Below, piece by piece: positions 8,078 to 17,756 of a stretch of 55,246 nucleotides of DNA. The stretch is from a virus (lineage: Duplodnaviria > Caudoviricetes). Under the pieces are notes generated by a model. The model did no database searches. It saw only the letters and a list, made by a program, of their open reading frames with translations, and was not told where the DNA came from. The position numbers and the translations under genes were made by a program. How positions within the stretch are numbered: the first letter of the stretch is position 1; each line of letters opens with the position of its first letter. The DNA lies in IMG/VR virus record IMGVR_UViG_3300032074_000004, positions 1 through 55,246 of that record; one strand, 5' to 3'.

Positions 8078-10736
8078 CGAAGCAGAAGAATTCCTCGCTC
8101 ACTACGGCATCCTCCGTAAGAGCGGAAGATATCCGTGGGGCTCTGGAGACAACCCCAACCAGCGCAACAAGGCGTTCCTGGATCATGTCGACTCTCTCAA
8201 GAAGAAGGGCCTGACTGAAGTCCAGATCGCTGAAGGACTCGGCATCAAGACCACCGAGCTCCGAGCCGCTAGGTCCATCGCCAAGAACGAGCTTCGGAAG
8301 GCTGATATTTCCCAGGCCCAGCGCCTGAAGGAAAAGGGCCTCTCGAATGTCGCCATTGGTGAGAGGATGCAGATCAACGAATCATCCGTTCGTGCTCTGC
8401 TCAATCCCAGCATGCAGGAGAAGGCCGATAACCTCGAGACCATCTCCAACTTCCTGAAGGATCAGGTAGGCGAGAAGGGATATTTGGACATCGGCTCTGG
8501 CACCGAGAACCACATTGGCATTAGCGCAACCAAGCTCAACACGGCAGTCGCCCGACTTGAGGAAGAAGGATATAAGCGCTACTACGTCAAGGTGGATCAG
8601 CTCGGCACCGGCAAGCAGACGACGATCAAGGTTCTGGCTCCTCCTGACACGCCATATTCTGATGTGTACAGGAACCGAGCCAGCATCAAGTCGGTTGCAG
8701 GATATAGCGAAGACGGTGGTCGCACCATCCTCGGCATCGAGCCGCCCAAGGCTATCGACTCCAAGAGGGTCGAAGTCAAATACGGGTCTGAAGGCGGTGC
8801 TCAGAAGGATGGTGTGATCGAGGTCCGTCGTGGCGTTGATGACGTCTCGCTCGGTGGCGCCAAATATGCGCAGGTCCGCGTGGCTGTCGATGGGACTCAC
8901 TATCTCAAGGGCATGGCCATGTATGCCGATGATCTGCCTCCTGGGGTCGATATTCGCTTCAACACCAACAAGGAGAACACGGGCAACAAGCTCGACGCTC
9001 TGAAGCCGTTGAAGACGGACAAGACCACTGGTCAGGTCGATCAGGACAATCCCTTCGGTGCTGTTATTCGCCAGCGTCACTACACTGACGCACATGGCAA
9101 GGATCAGCTCTCGCCCATGAACATCGTCAACGAGGAAGGCAACTGGCTCGCGTGGTCATCTAGCCTCTCTTCGCAGATGCTGTCTAAGCAGAGTCCTGCT
9201 CTTGCCAAGAAGCAGCTGGAACTCGCTTTCCAGTCCAAGCAGCGTGAGTTCGACGAGATCAACAGTCTCACGAACCCGACGATCAAGAAGAAGCTGCTCG
9301 AGTCGTTCGCCGATGACGCGGATTCCTCAGCAGTCCACCTTAAGGCAGCCGCACTGCCACGACAGGGCACGCATGTGATCCTCCCCATCAACACGATGAA
9401 GGAGAACGAGATCTACGCGCCCAACTATCGCAATGGCGAGAAGGTCGTGCTGGTTCGATATCCTCATGGTGGAACCTTCGAGATCCCGGAACTGACGGTC
9501 AACAACCGACAGGCCGACGCTAGGCGGATCCTAGGAAATGCGAAAGACGCGGTTGGCATCCATCACAAGGTTGCCGGTCGTCTGTCTGGTGCTGACTTCG
9601 ATGGCGACACCGTTCTGGTTATTCCCAACAACGACCAGAAGGTGAAGAACTCACCGCCTCTTGCCGGGCTCAAGGGTTTCGACCCTCAGGCGGCCTATCC
9701 CAAATATGATGGGATGAAGGTCATGTCGGCAAGAACCAAGCAGTTGAAGATGGGTGACGTCTCCAACCTCATCACAGATATGACTATTCAGGGTGCTCCT
9801 CAGTCCGAGATCGCTCGGGCCGTTAGGCACTCGATGGTTGTTATCGATGCGGAGAAGCACAAGCTGAACTGGAAGCAGTCAGCCATCGACAACGGGATCG
9901 CAGAGCTCAAGCAAAAATATCAGGGTAGCTCAAAGGCCGGTGCGTCGACGCTTATATCTAAGGCGTCTTCAAGCGTACGAGTTCCTGATCGCAAGCTTCG
10001 CTCAGCAGCAAACGGTGGACCGATCGACCCCGAAACGGGCCGTAAGGTGTATGAGAATATAGATTCCTCTTACACTAACAAGTCGGGCAAGGTTGTGGCC
10101 AAGTCCATATCCTCCACCAAGATGGCCGAGACTCATGACGCATATTCTCTCTCCTCAGGCACGCCTATGGAGACGGTATATGCTGACCATGCCAACAAGC
10201 TGAAGAGTCTCGCCAACACCGCACGCAAGAATATACTGTCCACGCCCAGCATCCCATATTCTCCTAGCGCAAAGAAAGCGTATGAACCCCAGGTGACGTC
10301 CCTCAAGGCTAAGCTAAATATAGCCTTGAAGAACCAGCCCCTTGAGAGGCAGGCCCAGCTACTGGCCAATGCCACCGTCACTGCCAAGAGGCAGGCCGAT
10401 CCAGAGATGGAAGCAGCGGATCTCAAGAAGATTAAGGGTCAGGCGCTCACTGCTGCACGCATTAGGACTGGGGCACAGAAGCAACGCATCGAGATCACAC
10501 CTGAAGAGTGGAATGCTATTCAGGCAGGCGCACTCAGCACCAACACGCTTAGCCAGATCCTGAACAACACTGATCTGGACAAGGTTAAGCAGTTGGCCAC
10601 TCCTCGAGAGTCTAAGGCGATGACCCCTGACAAGCTCGCGTTGGCTAAGGCCAGACTTGCAAGCGGCTACACCCAAGCAGAGATCGCTGATTCCTTGGGC
10701 GTGTCTACCACCACACTCAATGAAGCCCTATCGTGA
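8067..10736 (+). CDS. Putative single-subunit two-barrel (YonO/RdRP-like) RNA polymerase with HTH motifs and N-terminal FLAHYG tag
   Basis: LSGADFDGD at ~9582-9608 (DxDGD metal-binding motif) preceded by VLVRYPH; HTH-like segments near both termini; RBS AAGGAGG before 8067. Confidence 0.72.
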   Translation: MMTDEAEEFLAHYGILRKSGRYPWGSGDNPNQRNKAFLDHVDSLKKKGLTEVQIAEGLGIKTTELRAARSIAKNELRKADISQAQRLKEKGLSNVAIGERMQINESSVRALLNPSMQEKADNLETISNFLKDQVGEKGYLDIGSGTENHIGISATKLNTAVARLEEEGYKRYYVKVDQLGTGKQTTIKVLAPPDTPYSDVYRNRASIKSVAGYSEDGGRTILGIEPPKAIDSKRVEVKYGSEGGAQKDGVIEVRRGVDDVSLGGAKYAQVRVAVDGTHYLKGMAMYADDLPPGVDIRFNTNKENTGNKLDALKPLKTDKTTGQVDQDNPFGAVIRQRHYTDAHGKDQLSPMNIVNEEGNWLAWSSSLSSQMLSKQSPALAKKQLELAFQSKQREFDEINSLTNPTIKKKLLESFADDADSSAVHLKAAALPRQGTHVILPINTMKENEIYAPNYRNGEKVVLVRYPHGGTFEIPELTVNNRQADARRILGNAKDAVGIHHKVAGRLSGADFDGDTVLVIPNNDQKVKNSPPLAGLKGFDPQAAYPKYDGMKVMSARTKQLKMGDVSNLITDMTIQGAPQSEIARAVRHSMVVIDAEKHKLNWKQSAIDNGIAELKQKYQGSSKAGASTLISKASSSVRVPDRKLRSAANGGPIDPETGRKVYENIDSSYTNKSGKVVAKSISSTKMAETHDAYSLSSGTPMETVYADHANKLKSLANTARKNILSTPSIPYSPSAKKAYEPQVTSLKAKLNIALKNQPLERQAQLLANATVTAKRQADPEMEAADLKKIKGQALTAARIRTGAQKQRIEITPEEWNAIQAGALSTNTLSQILNNTDLDKVKQLATPRESKAMTPDKLALAKARLASGYTQAEIADSLGVSTTTLNEALS

Positions 10737-10749
10737 GGAGGGATTGACA

Positions 10750-11049
10750 ATGGCTACTGCAACACTGCACATGCTGACTACGGTCGACAATCCCTACAAC
10801 CCTTACACCCAATGGGATGAATGGTCAGAGTACGACACGAGTCATGGCTATCACACGAGCGCGCTGCTTGCTCGCATCGCTCACACATCTGACGAACTCT
10901 CTGATGCCGACCAAGACTTGGCATTGGAGCTAGCAATCGATGAGATCGTGCGTGTGAACGCGCTTGGACTGTATAGGAAGATTCCCATCGGCACTGTGGA
11001 GACTTCCGATCCTGCGTTGCTGCAGATGCAGTCATCGTCAAGCGTGTGA
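10750..11049 (+). CDS. Hypothetical phage protein
   Basis: RBS GAGGAGGG; MLTTVDNPYNPYTQWDEW. Confidence 0.75.
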   Translation: MATATLHMLTTVDNPYNPYTQWDEWSEYDTSHGYHTSALLARIAHTSDELSDADQDLALELAIDEIVRVNALGLYRKIPIGTVETSDPALLQMQSSSSV

Positions 11050-11566
11050 ATCGAGGCTGAAGAGGAGGCCGTAGTTGATTAAAATTCCATGGCAACCCCA
11101 TGGTCTCAGCTACGGTCCTCTTCAGTTCTCCCAATTGAGATCGCTTCCATCGCGAACTTCACAAGGCCTCTTTAGTTTTTGCCAAAACTGTAATAGTTAT
11201 GGTATAATACTTGGGGAATGTGAAGACCGGGGGGAGGGGTCTCGCAAAAGTACCCCCCTTGCGCATCGCCGCTGTCCCCAAAAATGCCCCGGGGGTCAAA
11301 AGAACTAGAAGTCCGCCGTTTGGAACGGGGTAGGAACCCTAGTAGAAGTAGTAGAAGGGCCGCCAAGTGCTGCCCAGAAGTACCCCAGAACTGTTTTCAC
11401 TTTCCCTCCATGCCGTGAGCGGTTCTGGTGGGTGCATCAAGGCCGCCAACAAACGGGTTTCATCAGGCCCATCTCCTTTCAAGCAGCGCACTACCCAGCG
11501 CTGAAGGTCTTGGTGCATCCTCCAGAGCTACTCACGTTTCCTCAGTCCGATAGAAAGGAGTGTCAC

Positions 11567-12451
11567 ATGGTACAGAGCAAGCTGACCAACCAGGTTCACA
11601 TCTCGAAGCAGAGCTCGTCTCGTCAAGGCGCGACGATCGACACCTTCCTGATCCACCACCAGGCGAGCACCAGCGACGACGCCACGATCAAGATGATGGT
11701 CGAGGCCACCCGAGAGGTTTCCGCCAACTACACCATCAGCAACGAGGGTCGCCTCACGCTGGTTGTCCCCGAGGAGCTTCGCGCTTGGACCTCTGGCTCG
11801 ACTGACGATGGCGGAAAGGGCGCTGCCTGGGATCGTCGTTCGATCACCGTCGAGATCGAGAACCAGACCGGAGACCCCGACTGGAAGATCAGCGACGCTG
11901 CCCTCAACAAGGCGGCCGAGCTTCTCAATGACCTCAAGAAGCGGTACAAGATCGCGCACGTCCTCGGGCACCGCGACCTCTGGGAGAAGTACCAGGCGTC
12001 CTACCCGACGTACTGCCCCGGCCCGCACACCGTCGCCGAGATCGTCAAGCGTGCTGCGGCTCACCCCGCTCCGGCTCCGGCGCCCGCTCCTAAGCCTGCG
12101 CCCAAGCCCGCTCCTAAGGGGACGGACCTGGTCAAGTCGGCCAAGGGTGACGGCTGGGAGTTCAACATCCCGAGCGCTGCTCTGACGGTTCGACTCCAGC
12201 GTGCTCTCGGTGCTCGGGGTCGCTACAAGGGTCCGGCGAACGGCAAGTTCACGGTCGACACCGCCAAGGGCGTTCAGCTCACCATTGAGCACGTCGGCTA
12301 CTCCGGTCCCATCGATGGCGACATCGAGAAGAATGGCTGCCACCTTATCCAGGTGTACGCCCAGAAGTTCGGTAGCTACATCGGGCCTGTCGACGACCGG
12401 CTCGGATCATTCAGTTGGACAGGCTTCTGCCTGGGATTGGAGCGCCCCTGA
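11567..12451 (+). CDS. Endolysin, N-acetylmuramoyl-L-alanine amidase (Amidase_2-like) with PA/PK linker and C-terminal cell-wall-binding region
   Basis: IHHQA, SANYTI, RAWTSG, SITVEIE, GHRD, TYCPG; RBS AAAGGAG. Confidence 0.9.
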   Translation: MVQSKLTNQVHISKQSSSRQGATIDTFLIHHQASTSDDATIKMMVEATREVSANYTISNEGRLTLVVPEELRAWTSGSTDDGGKGAAWDRRSITVEIENQTGDPDWKISDAALNKAAELLNDLKKRYKIAHVLGHRDLWEKYQASYPTYCPGPHTVAEIVKRAAAHPAPAPAPAPKPAPKPAPKGTDLVKSAKGDGWEFNIPSAALTVRLQRALGARGRYKGPANGKFTVDTAKGVQLTIEHVGYSGPIDGDIEKNGCHLIQVYAQKFGSYIGPVDDRLGSFSWTGFCLGLERP

Positions 12452-12543
12452 TGATGGGCCCCGAAGACAGCATCGACATCCTCGACGGGATCGTCGTTCC
12501 GCAGGATCCCATGGATCTCCTGCAGTGTGACTCCTGCCAGTAA
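12451..12543 (+). CDS. 30-aa microprotein ending in CDSCQ
   Basis: MMGPEDSIDILDGIVVPQDPMDLLQCDSCQ*; start coupled to endolysin stop (TGATG). Confidence 0.5.
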   Translation: MMGPEDSIDILDGIVVPQDPMDLLQCDSCQ

Positions 12544-12712
12544 AATGGTAGGTGGCTGGGTTGTTACTTCTGGGAGGAAGTAGGGGGCAACTCAGTAGCT
12601 AGAAAATCTGTCTGGGCCTTCCTAAAGGTTCTATGCCTTAACAGCCAGGGGTGGTTGGGGAAGGCCCAGACAGAAAGCTGACCAACAGACCCAAACAGTG
12701 GAGGTGAAATCT

Positions 12713-13051
12713 TTGGTCACGTCTCGTAGAAATTCTGAGTCGGATCGACCACGGAGACCACCCGCCACCACACCTGAGGCTCGAGAGAATCAGATGATTT
12801 CTCTGGCGGTCTCCCTAGCCGAGAGGCAGTTGTCGGAAGGCACGGCCTCGTCTCAGGTCATCACGCACTACCTCAAGCTCGCAACGACTCGAGAGCGCCT
12901 CGAGCAAGAGAAACTCGCCAGAGAAAACGAACTGCTTCGTGCTCGCACAGAGTCGATGGCTTCGGGCAAGCGAGTTGAAGAACTCTACGACCAGGCCATC
13001 AGCGCCATGCGCTCATACCAGGGTCAGGAGATCGACGAGTATGAGGATTAG
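12713..13051 (+). CDS. Putative terminase small subunit
   Basis: Helical/coiled-coil ~110 aa, directly upstream of HNH and head module; RBS GGAGGTG before TTG; assignment by position. Confidence 0.5.
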   Translation: MVTSRRNSESDRPRRPPATTPEARENQMISLAVSLAERQLSEGTASSQVITHYLKLATTRERLEQEKLARENELLRARTESMASGKRVEELYDQAISAMRSYQGQEIDEYED

Positions 13052-13451
13052 AACTTACAGGGAGCTTCGTCGGCTTCGCACCTTCGAAGAGCGATTCGAA
13101 TATCTGTCGCTCAGAGGACAAGTCGGCGAAGCTACCTTCGGCTTCGATCGGTACATGAACCAACAGTTCTACCGGTCAACTGAGTGGAAGCAGATCCGTC
13201 AGAAGGTTATTGCTCGGGACCTGGGGTTGGACCTCGGGGTTGAAGGACATGAGATCTATGACAAGATCATCATCCATCACATGAATCCGATGCGAGCCGA
13301 AGAGATCGAGCACGGCGACTCGGCGATCCTGGAACCAGATTTCCTGATCACCACGACGCATGCCACTCACAACGCAATTCACTACGGCGACAGCTCACTG
13401 CTTCCGCAGCCAATGGTCGATCGTAGACCCGGTGACACCAGACTCTGGTGA
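13041..13451 (+). CDS. Packaging-associated HNH endonuclease
   Basis: FYRSTEWKQIR..VIARD, IIHHMNP, THNAIH. Confidence 0.8.
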   Translation: MRIRTYRELRRLRTFEERFEYLSLRGQVGEATFGFDRYMNQQFYRSTEWKQIRQKVIARDLGLDLGVEGHEIYDKIIIHHMNPMRAEEIEHGDSAILEPDFLITTTHATHNAIHYGDSSLLPQPMVDRRPGDTRLW

Positions 13452-13472
13452 TGAAATTTAAGGAGGCGACAA

Positions 13473-13853
13473 TTGGCCGACACTAGCATTCTCGATAGCA
13501 CCAAGAAGGTGCTCGGGTTCGACTCGGATTACACCGCCTTCGATCTCGACATCATCATGCACATCAACGCTACCCTCTTCACGCTCCAGCAGCTTGGGGT
13601 TGGTCCCGACGATGGCTACCTGATCACCGGCAACACGGAGACCTGGGACCTGTTCCTTACGGATACCAAGCTTCTCTCCGCGGTCAAGAACTACGTCTAC
13701 CTCAAAGTTCGGATGCTCTTCGATCCTCCCGCGACTTCGTTCGCGATCGATGCGATCAACAAGCAGATCGCCGAACTCGAGTGGCGGATGAACGTCCAAA
13801 GCGAGAATAACAAGATGGTCGTTGTAATCACGGATCCGGAGCTCACGCCATGA
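13473..13853 (+). CDS. Head-tail connector/adaptor-like protein
   Basis: SILDSTKKVLG...FDLDIIMHIN...YVYLKVRMLFDPP; head-module context. Confidence 0.6.
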   Translation: MADTSILDSTKKVLGFDSDYTAFDLDIIMHINATLFTLQQLGVGPDDGYLITGNTETWDLFLTDTKLLSAVKNYVYLKVRMLFDPPATSFAIDAINKQIAELEWRMNVQSENNKMVVVITDPELTP

Positions 13854-14932
13854 CCGACGTCAACGATTTCCTTGCTCACTACGGGGTACTCGGCATGAAG
13901 TGGGGTCATCACAAAAGTGCAGACTCTGGTTCCGGTGCCGCGAATAAGCCCACTCTCGTTCTTACGAAGAAGTTCTCTTCCGGCGAATCGGTCTCCATCT
14001 ACCAAGAGCCAACTCCGCTGCTTGGCCGAGCGCTAGCCAAAGTCTTCCCGGGCCTAAAGGCTCAGCAGGCTAAGGTTGCCTCTTTCCACCTAAAGGACCA
14101 GGATGGGAAAAAGGTGGGAGACGCATCCTTCTTCCGCACGTCGAAAGAAGAGATGTATCTCGACTGGATCGGCATCAAGCCTCAGCATCGCGGTAAGGGC
14201 TATGCCAGCGCGGCACTGCAGGGGGTTGTGAAATACGCCCAGCATGAAGGCGTTAAGAAGTTGACCCTTGAGGTTCCGGGTAACGCTCCAGACGCCAGGC
14301 ATATCTATTCGAAGCTCGGCTTCAAGGACACTGGCGAGACCAGCGGTTCGAAAAACGACTACTGGGGCGGCCTAAGCAAGATGGAGTTGCGCGTCGACTC
14401 TATCAAGCATGCGGCAGAAGACGTTGCCTGGGAGCAAAAGTTCGCAGACGAGTTCGCTCAGTTCCTTATCGAGAACCTAGCTAACTTCCCAGTGGCCGAT
14501 TCAGAAATTTCTCATACAGACGAAGGAGGTGACACCATGACGGATGACAACGTCGAAGATTTCCTTGCTCACTACGGAGTCCTCGGCATGAAGTGGGGGC
14601 ATCGTAAGTCTCAGAGCACGGTCGATGCTCTTGGCGGTAAGGGCACCACGCACGTCAAGGAGATTTCTCTTGACGCAGCTAACGCTCATGCGGTGGCCAA
14701 GAAGATCAAGACGCATGGTCTGGACTCCCTTTCCAATAAGGAGCTCCAGGACTTCGTCAATCGGACCAACCTGGAGCAGCAGTATTCCAGGCTGAACCCG
14801 AAGAAGACACTCCCGGGTCAGAAGTTCGCAACGGACGTTCTGACTAACACGGGCAAGACCCTTGCCTCGCAATATGCCGCCAAGGCTGCGAAGCAGGGCA
14901 TTGAGGCCCTACTCAAGGGCGCAATGAAGTAG
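13850..14932 (+). CDS. FLAHYG-tagged protein with GNAT acetyltransferase domain, fused in frame to a second FLAHYG module
   Basis: FLAHYGVLGMKWG at 13868 and 14561; GNAT motif A YLDWIGIKPQHRGKGYAS and motif B ARHIYSKLGF. Confidence 0.8.
   Translation: MTDVNDFLAHYGVLGMKWGHHKSADSGSGAANKPTLVLTKKFSSGESVSIYQEPTPLLGRALAKVFPGLKAQQAKVASFHLKDQDGKKVGDASFFRTSKEEMYLDWIGIKPQHRGKGYASAALQGVVKYAQHEGVKKLTLEVPGNAPDARHIYSKLGFKDTGETSGSKNDYWGGLSKMELRVDSIKHAAEDVAWEQKFADEFAQFLIENLANFPVADSEISHTDEGGDTMTDDNVEDFLAHYGVLGMKWGHRKSQSTVDALGGKGTTHVKEISLDAANAHAVAKKIKTHGLDSLSNKELQDFVNRTNLEQQYSRLNPKKTLPGQKFATDVLTNTGKTLASQYAAKAAKQGIEALLKGAMK
14537..14932 (+). CDS. Internal in-frame gene: second FLAHYG-tagged small protein
   Basis: Strong RBS GAAGGAGGTG before ATG 14537; N-terminus mirrors the other tagged proteins. 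Confidence 0.65.
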   Translation: MTDDNVEDFLAHYGVLGMKWGHRKSQSTVDALGGKGTTHVKEISLDAANAHAVAKKIKTHGLDSLSNKELQDFVNRTNLEQQYSRLNPKKTLPGQKFATDVLTNTGKTLASQYAAKAAKQGIEALLKGAMK

Positions 14933-14949
14933 ATCAAGAGAGGACTAAA

Positions 14950-15960
14950 ATGTCGCTTCCCTGGGACGAGCCTGCACCCTCGTACACGGTCAGCCCGACT
15001 CCGACCGACACCACGTCCACCGACGCTGCCACGACCGATGCTTCGGCTCCGGCTGACACCACGTCGACGGACACGACCACGACCGAGGCATCCGCTCCGG
15101 CCGACACGACATCTTCGACGGACACCACGTCCACCGATGGCGTCGTCGTCACCTCGGACCAGGAGATTCCTCCTGCCGACAGCTACACGGTTACGCCGAA
15201 CGACTCCACTGAGGCGCCGAACGACTATGTCGTGACCCCGGCCACCCCTATCGAGACCGTCGCCGATGCTCCGGCTGAGACGACCACGACCGATGCTCCG
15301 GCTGAGGCCCCCGTCGAGGAGCCCGCGCCTGCTGACGCCCCGGTGGACACTGCGGTTGATGCTCCGGCTGACACCGCGCCTGTCGATGGCTCGGCCCCCA
15401 CGGAGACGACCGACACTCCTACGGAGGGGACTGACGCTTCCGCCGACGTTCCTGCCGAGCAGCCGGTTGTTTCCGAGGAGCCCGCCCCGACGGAGGTTTC
15501 TCCCGAGGTGACGCCGGAGGCCCCCGCTGAGGAGCCTGCTCCTGTCATCGGCGAGACGGCTCCCGAGGCCCCCATCGAGACGGCTCCTGAGGTCACCACG
15601 ACCGACGGCGCTCCCTACGAGGGCGGCAACGCGATTCCTGCTCCGGCTGACACCACGGTTGAGGCTCCGGCTGACACCACGGTTGAGGCTCCGGCTGACA
15701 CCACGGTTGAGGCTCCGGCTGACACCACGGTTGAGGCTCCGGCTGACGCTCCCGTCGAGGCGCCCGCGCCTGTCGAGATCGGCTCCAACGGCAGCACGTT
15801 CGAGGCGTCCTTCCAGGTGTCGGTGCTGGTCAGTGCTCAGAAGAGCACGGATGGCCAGTTCAGCATCAACATTCCGCAGGGTCAGACGGTTCCTGCTGAG
15901 ACCGCTGAGGCGCTTGCCCGCTACATCCTTTCGGGTGAGGGCGGTCGGCCTCTCGACTAA
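14950..15960 (+). CDS. Acidic Pro/Ala/Thr/Glu-rich low-complexity protein
   Basis: RBS AGAGAGGA; biased composition, short folded-looking C-terminus. Confidence 0.75.
   Translation: MSLPWDEPAPSYTVSPTPTDTTSTDAATTDASAPADTTSTDTTTTEASAPADTTSSTDTTSTDGVVVTSDQEIPPADSYTVTPNDSTEAPNDYVVTPATPIETVADAPAETTTTDAPAEAPVEEPAPADAPVDTAVDAPADTAPVDGSAPTETTDTPTEGTDASADVPAEQPVVSEEPAPTEVSPEVTPEAPAEEPAPVIGETAPEAPIETAPEVTTTDGAPYEGGNAIPAPADTTVEAPADTTVEAPADTTVEAPADTTVEAPADAPVEAPAPVEIGSNGSTFEASFQVSVLVSAQKSTDGQFSINIPQGQTVPAETAEALARYILSGEGGRPLD
15640..15747 (+). repeat. 24-bp tandem repeat x4.5 (APADTTVE)
   Basis: GCTCCGGCTGACACCACGGTTGAG four times exactly plus a 12-bp partial copy. Confidence 0.95.
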
Positions 15961-15973
15961 GTAGAAAGGAGGG

Positions 15974-17725
15974 TTGGCGATGAGCCTCTCAAACACGGCT
16001 ACACCTATTTACTATGGCCGCTTTCGTGAAGCAGTTATTCGCGGAGAGATTCCGGTGAATAGAGAAGTTGCACTTGAGATGAATCGCATCGACGAACTCA
16101 TCGCCAACCCTTCGTTCTACTACGACGACCAAGCCATCAACGGATTCATCAGGTTCTGTGAGAACGAGCTGACCCTGACTGATGGCAGTGATCTCCACAT
16201 GCTCGATTCCTTCAAGCTGTGGGCTGAGCAGATCTTTGGGTGGTACTACTTTGTCGAACGCAGTGTTTACGTTCCCGCTCCGGACAACCATGGCGGGCGT
16301 TATGTTCGCAAGATGGTCAAGAAGCGTCTAGTCACAAAGCAGTACCTGATCGTCGCTCGAGGAGCGGCTAAGTCGATGTACGCTGAGATGATTCAGGCCT
16401 ACTTCCTGAACGTGGACACGGCGACGACTCATCAGATCACGACGGCTCCTACGATGAAGCAGGCGGAAGAGGTCATGGCGCCCTTCCGAACAGCCATCAC
16501 TAGAGCCAGAGGTCCGCTCTTCGCCTTCCTTACCGAGGGTTCCCTACAGAACACCACCGGTTCGAAGGCCATGCGAGTTAAGCTCGCCTCCACCAAGAAG
16601 GGCATCGAGAACTTCCTTACGGGTTCGATGCTCGAGATTCGCCCCATGTCGATCAACAAGCTCCAGGGTCTCCGACCCAAGGTGTCAACGGTCGATGAGT
16701 GGTTGTCTGGTGACATCCGAGAGGACGTCGTCGGCGCCATCGAACAGGGCGCATCCAAACTGGACGACTATCTCATCGTGGCGATCAGCTCCGAGGGTAC
16801 CGTCCGTAACGGTAGTGGCGACACTATCAAAATGGAACTAGCTGACATTCTCAAGGGCGACTATCCTGCGCCACACGTTTCGATCTGGCACTACAAACTC
16901 GATGAGCTTGAAGAAGTCAACGATCCGAGCATGTGGCTAAAGGCGAATCCTAATCTTGGGAAGACCGTCACCTATGAAACTTACCAGCTTGACGTAGAAC
17001 GAGCCGAGAAAGCGCCTGCTTCTAGGAATGACATTCTCGCAAAGAGGTTCGGTATCCCCATGGAGGGCTACACGTACTTCTTCACTTACGAGGAGACCCT
17101 TCCGCACCGTCCCCAGAATTTCTGGAGCATGCCGTGTGCCATGGGTGCCGACCTTTCTCAGGGCGACGACTTCACCGCGTTCACATTCCTGTTCCCGCTG
17201 CCTAATGGCAAATTCGGGATCAAGACTCGAAGCTACATTTCGTCACTGACGCTGATGAAGCTTCCCGGTGCTATGCGAGCGAAGTATGACGAGTTCATCA
17301 ATGAGGGCAGCCTTCATGTTCTTGAAGGCACTGTCCTTGACATGATGGATGTTTACGACGATCTCGACAAATTTATCCAGGACCAGCAGTACGACGTCCG
17401 CGCGTTTGGGTTCGACCCTTATAACGCTAAGGAATTCGTCACTCGCTGGGAAGCGGAGAATGGTCCTTTCGGGATCGAGAAGGTTATTCAGGGAGCGAAG
17501 ACCGAGTCTGTCCCTCTGGGCGAACTCAAGCATCTGAGCGAAGAGCGCATGCTTATTTTCGACCAGGAGCTTATGACATTCGCCATGGGTAACTCGGTGA
17601 CCCTTGAGGACACCAATGGAAACCGAAAGCTCTTGAAGAAGCGACAGGATCAGAAGATCGATAATGTCGCAGCTCTGATGGATGCTTACGTCGCCTACAA
17701 GGCAAACAAGGATCAGTTCGATTAG
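15974..17725 (+). CDS. terL: Terminase large subunit
   Basis: Walker A ARGAAKS, Walker B STVDE, KANPNLG, nuclease GADLS, FDPYN, KIDNVAALMDA. Confidence 0.93.
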   Translation: MAMSLSNTATPIYYGRFREAVIRGEIPVNREVALEMNRIDELIANPSFYYDDQAINGFIRFCENELTLTDGSDLHMLDSFKLWAEQIFGWYYFVERSVYVPAPDNHGGRYVRKMVKKRLVTKQYLIVARGAAKSMYAEMIQAYFLNVDTATTHQITTAPTMKQAEEVMAPFRTAITRARGPLFAFLTEGSLQNTTGSKAMRVKLASTKKGIENFLTGSMLEIRPMSINKLQGLRPKVSTVDEWLSGDIREDVVGAIEQGASKLDDYLIVAISSEGTVRNGSGDTIKMELADILKGDYPAPHVSIWHYKLDELEEVNDPSMWLKANPNLGKTVTYETYQLDVERAEKAPASRNDILAKRFGIPMEGYTYFFTYEETLPHRPQNFWSMPCAMGADLSQGDDFTAFTFLFPLPNGKFGIKTRSYISSLTLMKLPGAMRAKYDEFINEGSLHVLEGTVLDMMDVYDDLDKFIQDQQYDVRAFGFDPYNAKEFVTRWEAENGPFGIEKVIQGAKTESVPLGELKHLSEERMLIFDQELMTFAMGNSVTLEDTNGNRKLLKKRQDQKIDNVAALMDAYVAYKANKDQFD

Positions 17726-17756
17726 AGCTGCTCCCGACTAAACACTAGGAGAAGAA

